From a virus (lineage: Duplodnaviria > Caudoviricetes): a stretch of 64,000 nucleotides of DNA. Shown piece by piece: positions 21,101 through 30,988 of the stretch; the first letter of the stretch is position 1; each line of letters starts with the position of its first letter. Below the pieces are notes generated by a model. It searched no databases, was not told the origin of the DNA, and saw only the letters and a list, made by a program, of their open reading frames with translations. Position numbers and translations under genes: made by a program. Where the stretch lies: IMG/VR virus record IMGVR_UViG_3300033073_001153, positions 178,608 to 242,607 of that record, one strand, 5' to 3'.

Positions 21101-21174
21101 TCAAAGGTTACTAATTTCCTTTGAATATCTGTTCCTCTTCGAACTTTTATTTTTCCTATTCTACGATCAATCAT
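18115..21174 (-). CDS. Receptor-binding or adhesin fibre: Mtd_N-like, 3 Ig-like domains, 14 BNR/Asp-box repeats
   Basis: KIKVRRGTD..EEGELVY N-terminus; QP.S.TV..G..VTF.V...LSYQW...Y.CVV Ig pattern; SxDxGxTW Asp boxes. Confidence 0.8.
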   Translation of the reverse strand: MIDRRIGKIKVRRGTDIQRKLVTFEEGELVYSIDKQRLYIGNGNTQGGILVSNRNYVKNFLGEPPIVPPEAVHGDIVYDKSTAKTYITKCTPLSCELILIADAGCCAKLQNEINTITDKIRVLSACATVVPPIVVPTKLTWYIEPSDISVNLGETVTFTASAYGGTGIISYKWRRKDGTPISVTDDQTSLIFVSQLSDIATYYCVANTFSESITSKNAVLSIGDSNSILAEDSTFVLSELSEFTDWEVTTLVVPTITLQPKSQVTTALVQVTFEVDATGSTPLNYQWRINGVNVAGETNRKYTISNPTKDVNGIDCVVSNLIGSVTSNSVDLIVGILPTIVTQPVSQTVSTGSNVTFSVVAGGSTPLSYQWNKDGSPILGATNSTYTINSVTNTDFDNYNCVVSNSYGSVDSDTVNLKEVLTIINPKINPNTMKIVIKDRQWSDIAMSSDGTIQTAVARNGYIYISTDSGDTWIAKETIRTWRSVSMSSDGKIQTAVGPDDFIFISTDYGNNWTPKLLGTQSYSVAISPDGTKQTAVSNLGQIYISTDSGDTWISKESDRYWNSIAISSDGKIQTAVAGPTVTTNNFGQIYVSTDSGNTWTPKESNRSWRSVAMSSDGTKQTAVAVNEQIYISTDSGNTWTPKESKRAWYSVAMSSDGTKQTAVANSDKIYISIDSGNTWTPKETKRNWKSVAMSSDGKIQAAVVDGGQIYVSSDFGETWKVKESIFELFIKPKSWVSVAMSSDATKQTAVVSDGQIYISSDSGYTWTPKESKRTWRYLAMSSDGKIQAAVALNDDNLYISKDSGNSWTPKKLGDVITSLYQVVMSSDGKIIMIGISNGEVYSSTDSGNTWTSDLITSLKKPVEKLAISSDGKIRTAITGNRIEIYSGNTWTAKETERNWSSVAMSSDGTKQTAVVDGGQIYISTDSGNTWTAKETNRRWNSVAMSSDGTIQAAVVEYGQIYISTDSGNTWTAKETNRRWSSVAMSSDGKILIFGVFGGNLGYIYESKNLGDTVSIIGA
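18130..19860 (-). repeat. Coding tandem repeat of about 120 bp (40 aa), 14 units
   Basis: Recurrent TCCATCAGATGACATTGCTACAGA and CCAGAATCAGTAGAAATATA at about 120-bp spacing. Confidence 0.9.
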
Positions 21175-21175
21175 T

Positions 21176-22186
21176 TTAGTTTATTTTTAAATTTACGCTA
21201 TCACTTATAACATCTCCTGCTGGATTACTGACTTTACATGTTATGCTATTTATATCTACTGTTGCGTTTGTTTTCGTATAACTAGAATTTGTTTCACCTG
21301 ATATATTTAGACCAGCAATTCTCCATTGATATGTTATAGGAGGAGTTCCAATTGCTTGTATACTAAACGTAGCATCATTTCCAGAATTTATACTAATTGA
21401 AACTGGTTGTTTTGTTATTATAGGAGCTGTTAAATTATATACCCATTCAATAAATTCATCTAATTCGGATAACACATATGTGCCATCTTCTTGTAATATA
21501 AAATTGCTTCCAATATCTAAAACTGCGTCTCTACTAGTAATCGAATCTATAGTATTACTAGCTACACAATAATAAGTAGCAATATCAGATATTGCTAAAT
21601 TTGTTATTGTTATATCTTTTTGATATATATTTGGAGTATTAATTGTTGATCCGTCTTTTCTTCTCCACTCGTATGTTATACTACCAGAGCCGATAGCACT
21701 TGAACTGAATGTAATTGTATCATTTAAATTTACGGAAACATCAGTTGGTTGAATTGCCCAAGTTAACTTAGAAGGTGGTGTTGGAGGTGTTGGAGGTTTA
21801 TCATCCAAACAAGCAGTCATTGTTGATAATTTTGTATATAAATTTTTTATTTGATTTTTTAATAAAATACAACAATTACCATCTCCAATTAATAAGAGTT
21901 CGTGTTCCGTACCATTCCAATTAGTAATATATGTTCTTAAATTTGATTTATCATAAACAATATCTCCTGCTAATACTTCATTTGGAACGATTGGAGGAAT
22001 TCCTAATCCTTCTGCTATGTAATTTCTATTAGAAACAGGAACACCTCCTAACGTAACATCATCACCTACGAAAATTCTTTTTTTATCAACAGAATAAATA
22101 ACTTCACCTTCTTCAAAGACATTTGTTATTCTTTGAGAATCGGTTCCTCTGCGAACCTTTATTTTACCTATTCGTTGATCAATCAT
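21176..22186 (-). CDS. Mtd_N-like protein with 2 Ig-like domains (paralogue of the 18115 N-terminal part)
   Basis: MIDQRIGKIKVRRGTD, CC coiled-coil, Ig motifs. Confidence 0.75.
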   Translation of the reverse strand: MIDQRIGKIKVRRGTDSQRITNVFEEGEVIYSVDKKRIFVGDDVTLGGVPVSNRNYIAEGLGIPPIVPNEVLAGDIVYDKSNLRTYITNWNGTEHELLLIGDGNCCILLKNQIKNLYTKLSTMTACLDDKPPTPPTPPSKLTWAIQPTDVSVNLNDTITFSSSAIGSGSITYEWRRKDGSTINTPNIYQKDITITNLAISDIATYYCVASNTIDSITSRDAVLDIGSNFILQEDGTYVLSELDEFIEWVYNLTAPIITKQPVSISINSGNDATFSIQAIGTPPITYQWRIAGLNISGETNSSYTKTNATVDINSITCKVSNPAGDVISDSVNLKIN

Positions 22187-22191
22187 AAATA

Positions 22192-22596
22192 TTATAAATT
22201 AGCAATAGGCCAAAAATTTTTAATACCACTCAAAGTATTAGGCAATTCCATTTTTGTGATGTCTCTCAAAAATTGTTTTTTAAAAGCAATTTCTTTCTGT
22301 AGATTTATATCTTCTTTTTCTATTGCTATAATGAATTCTTTGTCAAGTTTTTCGAGGAGTGGTTTTCTAGCTGATCTTAATCTATTGTAATGAATTTGTT
22401 TTGCTTTTTCTATGTTAATTTTAGCACCAATATTTTTATCAAATTCATATGCATCAAAAAATTTATCATCAAAATCAAAAGATTCTACAATTTTATATTC
22501 TACGTCTTTGGGAATGTCTTTTATTGAATCATTTACATTTCCACAAGGAGTAAGTACAGCCAATTTATTATTCAATTGAGGATATAATATAATCAT
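22192..22596 (-). CDS. Putative tail fibre assembly/chaperone protein
   Basis: KAK.IH...LR.AR.PLLEKLD..F...KQFLRDIT...WP pattern, directly after a fibre gene. Confidence 0.55.
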   Translation of the reverse strand: MIILYPQLNNKLAVLTPCGNVNDSIKDIPKDVEYKIVESFDFDDKFFDAYEFDKNIGAKINIEKAKQIHYNRLRSARKPLLEKLDKEFIIAIEKEDINLQKEIAFKKQFLRDITKMELPNTLSGIKNFWPIANL

Positions 22597-22598
22597 AA

Positions 22599-23927
22599 TT
22601 AATTACCAAATACAATTACCGAAACATAATCTGTGTCTGTATTATTATCAACTTCACCTACCATAATATGAAGTTGTGTAGTTGAATGTGGTGGATGTGT
22701 TACAGTTGATCTTCTAGATACGCTTGGTGTATGTTCATTACTTACTCCTTTAGCACTTCCAGCAAAAGCATAATTTTCATCTGTCATAGCATTTTGAAAA
22801 TTAATAGTATAACAAGCAGTTTCAGTCTTAGTCACAGATGATACATTATACGATGAATATATTGTTAAACTACCAGTACCAGTACGTATTCCATTAAAAC
22901 ACACCCATGCTTTAGCACTAGTAATATTAGCGGGCACACCACTAGGTAAACCACTTGCAACCCAAGTATTAGTAGATCCATCGTATGTTAATACTTTACC
23001 ACCTGTTGGACTCGGTGGTTTTTCTATAAAATTTAAAGTATTTACAGTTCCAGTAATTGTTTTTAATGCTTTAATACATGGTAATAATGCTACGTTACGA
23101 GGACGGGTTATGCCAGTAAATGCACCCGAATTTGAATAATCTCCTTTCAAATCGCTGTTGCCGCCACTTCCACTACCATTACGAATTCTAACTCCATTGT
23201 AGTCCAATATACTATAATCATCAGCACCCACTATTACTTGGGTTTGTTCTCCTAAAATATTATCAGGCGTGGTAATAGACCAAGTGTTATCTCTTTCTTG
23301 ATCCCATACTGTTATCGTTCCTTTTTGATTACTTCCGAATATGCGATCACTATCCACTCCTCTTCCATGATCCCATCCACGAATAAATTCACCTCGTAAA
23401 TCCGGTAATCTAAATTTACCTGCTACTTCTCCGCCTGTATTGTATTTTGTTCCTATAACATAATACAAATCAGTATAATCAGATATATCTACTACTCCAC
23501 CGCTACATTCCAAATAACTAGTAGGAACAGCAGAAGCAGCAAACCAAGTTATTGTTCCTATTGGAGTAGTATCTTCCCCATAACCGGGTTCCCATGTTTT
23601 TGTAGATCCATTATAAGTTAATATTTCTCCTCCAGTTGCACCTCCATCATCTAATTTATCTAATCCTACTGAACTAACAGTTACTAAAATAGTACCAGAA
23701 CTAGTAATAGGACTACCAAATACTCCAATAGATCCATCATTAGAAGATACCGAAACACTAGTTACCGATCCAGTACCCCCTCCAGAATTTTTTACATAAT
23801 TTCTTATTTGATCTAATGTAGCTTTATATGTATTACGTCCACCCAAACCAATATCTTGTGAAATTGCTAATTCGTCAGTTCCTTGTGGAGTTACAACTTG
23901 TGGTAAAGCTGTGATTTTTGTTCCCAT
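22599..23927 (-). CDS. Tail fibre with phage tail-collar domain
   Basis: PIGTITWFA...YLECSG...LYYVIGTKY...FRLPDLRGEFIRGWD...TRPRNVALLPCIK; C-terminal AKAWVCFNG domain. Confidence 0.85.
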   Translation of the reverse strand: MGTKITALPQVVTPQGTDELAISQDIGLGGRNTYKATLDQIRNYVKNSGGGTGSVTSVSVSSNDGSIGVFGSPITSSGTILVTVSSVGLDKLDDGGATGGEILTYNGSTKTWEPGYGEDTTPIGTITWFAASAVPTSYLECSGGVVDISDYTDLYYVIGTKYNTGGEVAGKFRLPDLRGEFIRGWDHGRGVDSDRIFGSNQKGTITVWDQERDNTWSITTPDNILGEQTQVIVGADDYSILDYNGVRIRNGSGSGGNSDLKGDYSNSGAFTGITRPRNVALLPCIKALKTITGTVNTLNFIEKPPSPTGGKVLTYDGSTNTWVASGLPSGVPANITSAKAWVCFNGIRTGTGSLTIYSSYNVSSVTKTETACYTINFQNAMTDENYAFAGSAKGVSNEHTPSVSRRSTVTHPPHSTTQLHIMVGEVDNNTDTDYVSVIVFGN

Positions 23928-23940
23928 AGGATTATTTAGT

Positions 23941-24405
23941 TTATTTAACTCTGATTGTATCAGTGTTATCCATTAAAATATTATCACTAAATACCGGAAC
24001 ATTATCTAGATCAGTAGCCAAGAAATTGTCTGGATTGCAACATTCTGATGATATTCTTTGTAGTAAAGTATTAATAATATCTATATGTTTTTTAATATCA
24101 GAACAACAGTCACTAAGTGATGATATTATTTTTATAGAATCACCATTAAGATCTACTATATATGTAGTTTTATCTATTTCATTAAAATATAAATCTTCAG
24201 ATTCTGCTCCAATTGGTTTAATATCATTTAATGTAAAATAATTTTTATTGGATATTTTGATTCCACCAACTGTAGTATCATCACCTACATATACACGTTC
24301 GGTATCTTTCAGAAATACAAGTTCACCTTCTTCGAAAAGTGTTACTTTTCGCTGATTATCATTTCCTCTACGGATTTTTAACTTTCTTAGGCGTTTTTCT
24401 TGCAT
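23941..24405 (-). CDS. Short Mtd_N-like protein
   Basis: KLKIRRG...EEGELVF...RVYVGD..TVGG, followed by CC motifs. Confidence 0.7.
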   Translation of the reverse strand: MQEKRLRKLKIRRGNDNQRKVTLFEEGELVFLKDTERVYVGDDTTVGGIKISNKNYFTLNDIKPIGAESEDLYFNEIDKTTYIVDLNGDSIKIISSLSDCCSDIKKHIDIINTLLQRISSECCNPDNFLATDLDNVPVFSDNILMDNTDTIRVK

Positions 24406-24408
24406 AAA

Positions 24409-25482
24409 TTACCACTTGATGCAATATAATGCTACTATATTTTTGGGTCGGGTTTCAGCTCCTCCTGTATATCCAGTAAATGCTACATCTCCTCCATCTT
24501 CAAGAACATCTCCACTAAAATTTCCAGATGGCTCATTTCCACCTTGTTCAAATACTCCACCATGTCTGTGATTTTCAAATTCATCTTCCTGAACTGTTCC
24601 GTCTAATGGTCTTTCACCATCTGGATCTAAAAATGTATGAGTGGCTTCATCATTTCGTTTATAATCAACACCACGAACAAATAATCCGCGATAATCAGGA
24701 ACTTGGAACATATTACCAGTTTTTAAAACTGAATAATTATAACGAATTACAGAAAAAAGTTCTGGTAAAGAACGTTTGTCATGCAATTTCCCATCACATG
24801 GAATCCATCCATTCGGAATTCCCATATAAGGAAACATACAAATCATACCAACCGGAAGAACATTACGATTTGGATCTCCATAGGTTTCTGGTTGTCCGGG
24901 TGGTGGTGTAGTTCCGGGTGGTGGATCTGTTTTTATATTAGTAACCCGAAGTGATTTGATATTAACTTCGCCTGTAGCACGATTTATCCATAATGGTGAA
25001 TTTAAATCAGTATCATTGTAACTGTTTTTAATGTAAAAATTACTAGTTGTATCGTTTTTAACAATTATAGAAAAAAGATTTTTTTCAGAAACTGTTGGAT
25101 TGCCAAATATTAATTCATAATCAGAAGAAGTTTCTCTAATTCTCAATTTTCCAACTTCTGCTGTACTAAGTGCTCTAACAGAAACAGAAGATCCAGAAGA
25201 AAGAATATTAACATCATTTATATTTCCACCACTTAATAAAGTTATATCTCCTTGAATAGTCACATTATTTCCTGCTGATAAATTACCAGAACATGATAAT
25301 GGACCACTTACATCCATTCCTATAGTATCTCCACCTAAAATCAATGCAGAAGCAGTACCGTTACCATCATAAACTACTTGTTTTGCTAAAGAAGGTTCAA
25401 TACTTTTAGGAAAATGCAACAATCCTCTGAATGTTGTCGATACTCGTTTTCCTGTTAAATTATTTGCTGTTTCTTCTGCCAT
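24409..25482 (-). CDS. Short tail fibre or baseplate protein with tail-collar domain
   Basis: PVGMICMF...GWIPCDG...ELFSVI...VPDYRGLFVRG...ETRPKNI..LYCIK. Confidence 0.85.
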   Translation of the reverse strand: MAEETANNLTGKRVSTTFRGLLHFPKSIEPSLAKQVVYDGNGTASALILGGDTIGMDVSGPLSCSGNLSAGNNVTIQGDITLLSGGNINDVNILSSGSSVSVRALSTAEVGKLRIRETSSDYELIFGNPTVSEKNLFSIIVKNDTTSNFYIKNSYNDTDLNSPLWINRATGEVNIKSLRVTNIKTDPPPGTTPPPGQPETYGDPNRNVLPVGMICMFPYMGIPNGWIPCDGKLHDKRSLPELFSVIRYNYSVLKTGNMFQVPDYRGLFVRGVDYKRNDEATHTFLDPDGERPLDGTVQEDEFENHRHGGVFEQGGNEPSGNFSGDVLEDGGDVAFTGYTGGAETRPKNIVALYCIKW

Positions 25483-25500
25483 AAAATTATTTAGTTAAGG

Positions 25501-27426
25501 TTATTCAATTGGGTAGATGTTAGTTCCATTTTGTAAATCTACCCAAGTTTTTAAATTCTTTAATCTAACCTGTGTTAAATTTAATAAATTTATTTGAAAT
25601 TGATATAATTTATTAAATATCCTATTTATAACATTTGGCTGAACAAATTCGTTGTCATTTATAAATGAATTATATTCAATATCTATGTTTAATGTGTTTA
25701 TTTCTTCGTCTGTTAAGTATATATAATCTTTATATTTCAAATCTCCGTACTTATCAAACTCAGCATAAAATCTACCTTTTAAATTATTTTTAAATTGTAA
25801 TATATTTTGATAAAGTTTATATAATTCTTTGTTTAATACCAAAGCTTGATTATATTCAATATTTTCAAATTTAATAGATTTATAGTTATAATAAGGAAGA
25901 TTATCATTTTTTAATAAAGACAAATAATCAGTTCGTTCATTAAGATGAGAAATATAAGTATTTCCCATAAAATATAAATCGTCTTTATTTTTATCACTTG
26001 CTGCGATATAAATATCGTTTGTCGTTAAATTGATTGTAAAATATTCAGAATAATTCCATTTTTCATAATCTCTTAATTTATCCCATTCTAGATCTATTAA
26101 ATTCCATATAAATATATCATCTGGATAAAATTTATCTCTGTTAAAAACTGCAAAAGTTTGATCGGGTTTTGTGAAAAATTTCTTGAATACCGAATTATTT
26201 GTAATTACATAAAATACATTTGAATCTTGTTCAGATATAGCCATTCTATTAAATTGTGCATCTGTATCTTTAAATATAACATCTGTAAATACGTATGTTT
26301 TAATTAAATGATAATCTTCGAATTCAAATAGTCCATATTGTGGATCGTTTTCATCATATGAATCTTTAAATAAAGCATAAACATGATTATTCATTTTTCT
26401 ATAACGAATGTCTAATATAGAATATTTTCTAGTTTTTGGTACTTTTACAATTCTTTTAGAAACAAAATTATTATCATATATTTTTATTACATTATTTCCA
26501 GAATCATAAACCCAAACTTCCCCATTATTTGCACCTAATACTGTACAATTTTTAAATTTATTAACTCTATCAACAGAACCAGTTCCTCCAATCGGTTCTA
26601 TTAAATATTTTTTGTTTTCAAAAACTTGATCATTTGTTATATATCCAGTTATATCATATTTAAAAACTTGACCTCCGCCATTTATTTTAGAATCACTTAC
26701 AAATATAAATTTACCATCATATTTGATGTCTTCTAAATTTTTACAAGTTTCATTCGAATAATTATCAATAACATTTGTATAAAAAGTAAATGCTGCTCCT
26801 GATAACTGCCCATCTTCTGAAATAGTACTAGTCAATCCTATAAAATAAGTATCACTAATTCCGAATATTCCTATTCCTTCTTTATTTTCAAAAGGAATAA
26901 CAACAAATCTTTTCATTACATCAAATTCTTTATAAGCAGATAATAAGGGATTATCTCCTAATGGCCCAAATCCAAATATTCTATTATTAGCTACTTGTTT
27001 TGCTTTTGTTTCCCAATTAAAACTAGAAGTTCCAATTAAATTGCATAATGTATTCACATTATTATCAACTGGAACATCTGTACTTCCCATATAAAGTTGA
27101 CTATACAAATATATTAAGTTATCGTGAAAATATTCTATTTTTTTGTTTAAAGTAGAAAAACTAACAATTTCACTAGGTTGTATTGAAATGTCATCAAAAG
27201 AATACGGAAGTTTTAATACATCAAAAATGTTCCTATCTTTAAAATTATTAGATCTATAATAATCTGCGGAATATTCGGAAACTGAATTTAATATTTGTGA
27301 ACTTTCTGAAAAATAACGATCAGTATATACTTCTCCCTTATCATTTACATTAAAATAACCAACATATTGGGTTCCATCAACTTTTGTGAATTCTCCACCA
27401 GATGTATAATTAAATTTAGTTTGCAT
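25501..27426 (-). CDS. Putative baseplate or structural protein
   Basis: 641-aa ORF in the tail operon, with NHL-like VWVYDSGNNVIKIYD. Confidence 0.6.
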   Translation of the reverse strand: MQTKFNYTSGGEFTKVDGTQYVGYFNVNDKGEVYTDRYFSESSQILNSVSEYSADYYRSNNFKDRNIFDVLKLPYSFDDISIQPSEIVSFSTLNKKIEYFHDNLIYLYSQLYMGSTDVPVDNNVNTLCNLIGTSSFNWETKAKQVANNRIFGFGPLGDNPLLSAYKEFDVMKRFVVIPFENKEGIGIFGISDTYFIGLTSTISEDGQLSGAAFTFYTNVIDNYSNETCKNLEDIKYDGKFIFVSDSKINGGGQVFKYDITGYITNDQVFENKKYLIEPIGGTGSVDRVNKFKNCTVLGANNGEVWVYDSGNNVIKIYDNNFVSKRIVKVPKTRKYSILDIRYRKMNNHVYALFKDSYDENDPQYGLFEFEDYHLIKTYVFTDVIFKDTDAQFNRMAISEQDSNVFYVITNNSVFKKFFTKPDQTFAVFNRDKFYPDDIFIWNLIDLEWDKLRDYEKWNYSEYFTINLTTNDIYIAASDKNKDDLYFMGNTYISHLNERTDYLSLLKNDNLPYYNYKSIKFENIEYNQALVLNKELYKLYQNILQFKNNLKGRFYAEFDKYGDLKYKDYIYLTDEEINTLNIDIEYNSFINDNEFVQPNVINRIFNKLYQFQINLLNLTQVRLKNLKTWVDLQNGTNIYPIE

Positions 27427-28848
27427 TTAGCGAAATTCTATGTTGTTTATTGTTGTTGTAATTGGTAAAACTTTCTTCAATTTTTCAAAAATTATATCTT
27501 TTAATCTATTTTGAAGAACAGAATTTGTTATTTGTGAATTTTTAATAATTAAATTAATTTTGTTACTCTTATTTCCAGTAGTATCTAACTTAAATTGTCT
27601 TTCAATTCCATCTAATTCATTTCTTTGATCACATGGTAAAGATACTACTAAATCTTGAATATCGATTCCATTTAACATTTCAAATTCAATTTGATTATTA
27701 GTTAATGCTTTATTGAATATTTTAAATCTTTTTAAAGTAGCATTATTTATATAATAGTAATTTGATTGATTTAAATAATTAGATAATGAAATATTATTAT
27801 TAAAATAAGTTCTACCAACATTCATACTATCTGTAAAAATATCTTGGAAAATATATCTTCCTTTTTGTATATTTACGGTTTGTATTTCTTTTCCATCAAG
27901 GAAAACCGAAACTTTTCCGTTTATTCCATCCATTCTAAATGCAAAATGATGTTTTTCAGAAGTAAACAAATACGTACTTATAGGTATTTCTATTCTAGTA
28001 ATATCTTTGTTATTGAAAACATTTTGTAAAACAATTTTAAATGTCAATTGATTTTTGGATTTGTAAGTATTTTTTAAATATTCGTAATTTGTTAAATTAT
28101 AATTAATTCTTCTACTATCACCATAACTATAATATTCGCCTGTTAGTGGAAGAAATGCGGCTTCGTAAATACTTTTACTTGATTCGTCTATTTTTCCTAA
28201 AAACATTTGTGATGCCGCCAAAAGATTTTTCCCCGTTTCGTTTTTTATTTTGCCTAAAACTATCGGATAACTAGAAAGACCCGAATTTGTATATTCACGA
28301 ACATAATCAATTTTAAGCAATTCTATTTCATCATTTGGCATAACTGATAAAGAATTGAATATACTACTAACTGCTGGTATTACTGAAATTGTATAACTCT
28401 TAATACGATCTTTGGAAAATTTAGATATTTTATTTTTATTATGAATTACATAATAATTATAATCTTCATCTATCATAAAATCACGTATTTCTGATGAAGA
28501 TGACAAATGTACTACATATGCAACTTTATTATATGATTCTTGTACTAATTTATTATTGTCTTTTATATAAAGAACGGTGTCGTCAATAAATGGCTTTGCA
28601 TCATATCCAGCAAATCCATATAATACGTTATCGTACTTTAATATCGAATAAATATCATAAGGATAATACATTTTTAAATTGTAAGTATTTTCTGTTATTG
28701 TGTTATATACAACAATACTACCTTTTACATCTTTCAATATACATATATTTTTTTTATCATATGTAATTGATACATATGTTTCATTTGAATTTCCTAATGA
28801 ATCGTATAGTGTAGAACTTGATTTAAATTTAGTAATTAATGGCTTCAT
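27427..28848 (-). CDS. Putative structural protein with the C-terminal part of a LamG-like domain
   Basis: HHFAFRMDG..G.VSVFLDG...FKIFNKAL. Confidence 0.6.
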   Translation of the reverse strand: MKPLITKFKSSSTLYDSLGNSNETYVSITYDKKNICILKDVKGSIVVYNTITENTYNLKMYYPYDIYSILKYDNVLYGFAGYDAKPFIDDTVLYIKDNNKLVQESYNKVAYVVHLSSSSEIRDFMIDEDYNYYVIHNKNKISKFSKDRIKSYTISVIPAVSSIFNSLSVMPNDEIELLKIDYVREYTNSGLSSYPIVLGKIKNETGKNLLAASQMFLGKIDESSKSIYEAAFLPLTGEYYSYGDSRRINYNLTNYEYLKNTYKSKNQLTFKIVLQNVFNNKDITRIEIPISTYLFTSEKHHFAFRMDGINGKVSVFLDGKEIQTVNIQKGRYIFQDIFTDSMNVGRTYFNNNISLSNYLNQSNYYYINNATLKRFKIFNKALTNNQIEFEMLNGIDIQDLVVSLPCDQRNELDGIERQFKLDTTGNKSNKINLIIKNSQITNSVLQNRLKDIIFEKLKKVLPITTTINNIEFR

Positions 28849-28884
28849 TTCGCAAAATATTTTTATATAATTATATTAAATTAA

Positions 28885-30984
28885 TTAACCATTTTCAGAA
28901 TTAAATAATGGATCAACTATAGGATCTACTAAAGGATCAATAAAATCTTCGGTAAATACATCTTCTATATAATCTCCAGTATAACCAACCAACGGAATAT
29001 CTTCTATAATATCAGTATTTTCAGAATTTATTGTATAATATGAATCCAAATGATCGGTTCTGTATAAATCTTTTATAATAGAATTTCCAACATTTTGTTC
29101 ATTTTCTAAAGAAGCATAATCTAACATTTCAAAATTTGTATTATATACAGAAACTGTTTTATTATTTTGGATCATTATGAATGGTGTAACTTTTTCATCA
29201 TCAAAAAGACCTATTCCTTTATCATTTAAATTTCCAAAAATTTGATGACCAAATTTTTTAGACCAATCATCGGATTTCATTTCAAATGTTATTGTGAATT
29301 CATGTGAATTGTTTATTCCTGTATAATTAGAAAACATATCATATGCATTTCCATCTAAAATGTATTCTATTTCATCTACATTTTTAGTAGTAGTTGCTAT
29401 TTCTGCTTCGTTATGATTTTTTAAAATTAATCCATTTTGTATTAAACTTTTTTCTATACTAGAAACAATAGAATCTACATATTTGTTTCCAATACGATGA
29501 TAAATATATTCAGTATTTGGTAAAATGGTCAAATCGCTTCGTTTATCAAAAAATGCAGTTCCATATAATGCCGCATGTCCTGTTTGTGGTGTATTGTTAT
29601 ATTCTTCTTCCAAAGAATTATACACAAAAGGAACATCATAATATTCAGATGCTGATAATTTTTCGTGAAGTAATGTATATATAGGATCTACGTAATTAAA
29701 ATTAAAAGAAGTAGACAATGCCGCAGCATATGATGTCTTTTCTGGATAATAATATCTATCTAACCAAGTAGATTCTCCATTTTTGTCTTTATGTAACCAA
29801 GAACACAAATAATGTCCACTTAAACTTCCTTTGTCTGTATCTTTTTGAAAGATTTTATCAGACATATATGGGTTTTCACCAGCAATAGATCCGGATTTAT
29901 TCCATTTTAAATCATTTATATTAATTTTTTCATATGGATATAAACTTTCTGGTGATACAAATATAGTATATTTGTCAGTTTCAAATTTATAATCTGCATT
30001 ATAAAATTCATAACTTAAAGTGATTCCATAATCACCAGTTTCTTGATCGTTTCCTGTAAACAATCTTACATATTTTCTATTATCTACATTCGGAACACCG
30101 TCATTTGTTTTTTCTAAAAAATTAGAACGATAACTATAATCTTTATGTGTTTTTTGATTCTTTAAATTTAAAATATTTGCCTGTAAAGTATCTCCAGATA
30201 CATAGCTATATTGAGTAGAAATTAAAAAATTATTTTCTAAATTATTAATACTCTTTTCTGGATTTATTTCATATGCATTTTTATGTGTAAAATTATATGA
30301 TACCCAAGATGTATTTAATTTTGGTGAAATTTTTTGAATGTAATAATTTACATTAAAATATTTTGTTTTAAAATTTTCTATATTATTATCAAAACCTAAA
30401 GTATTTCCTAAATTGACAATTAATTTAGAATTCTTGAAAAGAGCAATTTTTTCATTTTCTTTATCAAGAATATAATTAAATACAGAATTTTCTGATGATA
30501 GTAATGAAAATTTTAATATTTGATTTTCATAATTTAAATAATATTTTATAAGTTCTTTAGATCTATGTGCTAAAATAGCACTCAATCCAGTAGAAAGTAA
30601 TGTAATTTCAAAAATTCTATCTCTAGAATCTATAAATTTTTGATCTTTCGTAGTGAAATAATAAGATGTATCTCCTGCACTATTTGCTGAAAATGTTAAA
30701 AATAAATTATTAGCATCAGAAATAGATGTATTAAATGATAAATTACCACTAACTTCAGTTAATTGTTCTATTTCTAAAATATCAGAGGCTTTTTGTTTAT
30801 TTGTTAAATATAAAGCGGAATAATTATTAATTTTTCTATCAGAAATTTCTTTTAAATAATCTTCTTTAAAGAAAGTATATCCTTCTTCTGTTTTATCTTT
30901 TGTGCCAAAAAATTTAACATCAAGATCTCCTACATAAGAAGTTGATAGTGCTATAGAATTAGATGTTAAATCAGTAATCTCCAC
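28885..30984 (-). CDS. Putative structural or baseplate protein
   Basis: 699-aa ORF, GTG start 5 nt after TAAATA; acidic C-terminal tail. Confidence 0.6.
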   Translation of the reverse strand: MEITDLTSNSIALSTSYVGDLDVKFFGTKDKTEEGYTFFKEDYLKEISDRKINNYSALYLTNKQKASDILEIEQLTEVSGNLSFNTSISDANNLFLTFSANSAGDTSYYFTTKDQKFIDSRDRIFEITLLSTGLSAILAHRSKELIKYYLNYENQILKFSLLSSENSVFNYILDKENEKIALFKNSKLIVNLGNTLGFDNNIENFKTKYFNVNYYIQKISPKLNTSWVSYNFTHKNAYEINPEKSINNLENNFLISTQYSYVSGDTLQANILNLKNQKTHKDYSYRSNFLEKTNDGVPNVDNRKYVRLFTGNDQETGDYGITLSYEFYNADYKFETDKYTIFVSPESLYPYEKININDLKWNKSGSIAGENPYMSDKIFQKDTDKGSLSGHYLCSWLHKDKNGESTWLDRYYYPEKTSYAAALSTSFNFNYVDPIYTLLHEKLSASEYYDVPFVYNSLEEEYNNTPQTGHAALYGTAFFDKRSDLTILPNTEYIYHRIGNKYVDSIVSSIEKSLIQNGLILKNHNEAEIATTTKNVDEIEYILDGNAYDMFSNYTGINNSHEFTITFEMKSDDWSKKFGHQIFGNLNDKGIGLFDDEKVTPFIMIQNNKTVSVYNTNFEMLDYASLENEQNVGNSIIKDLYRTDHLDSYYTINSENTDIIEDIPLVGYTGDYIEDVFTEDFIDPLVDPIVDPLFNSENG

Positions 30985-30988
30985 TCAA

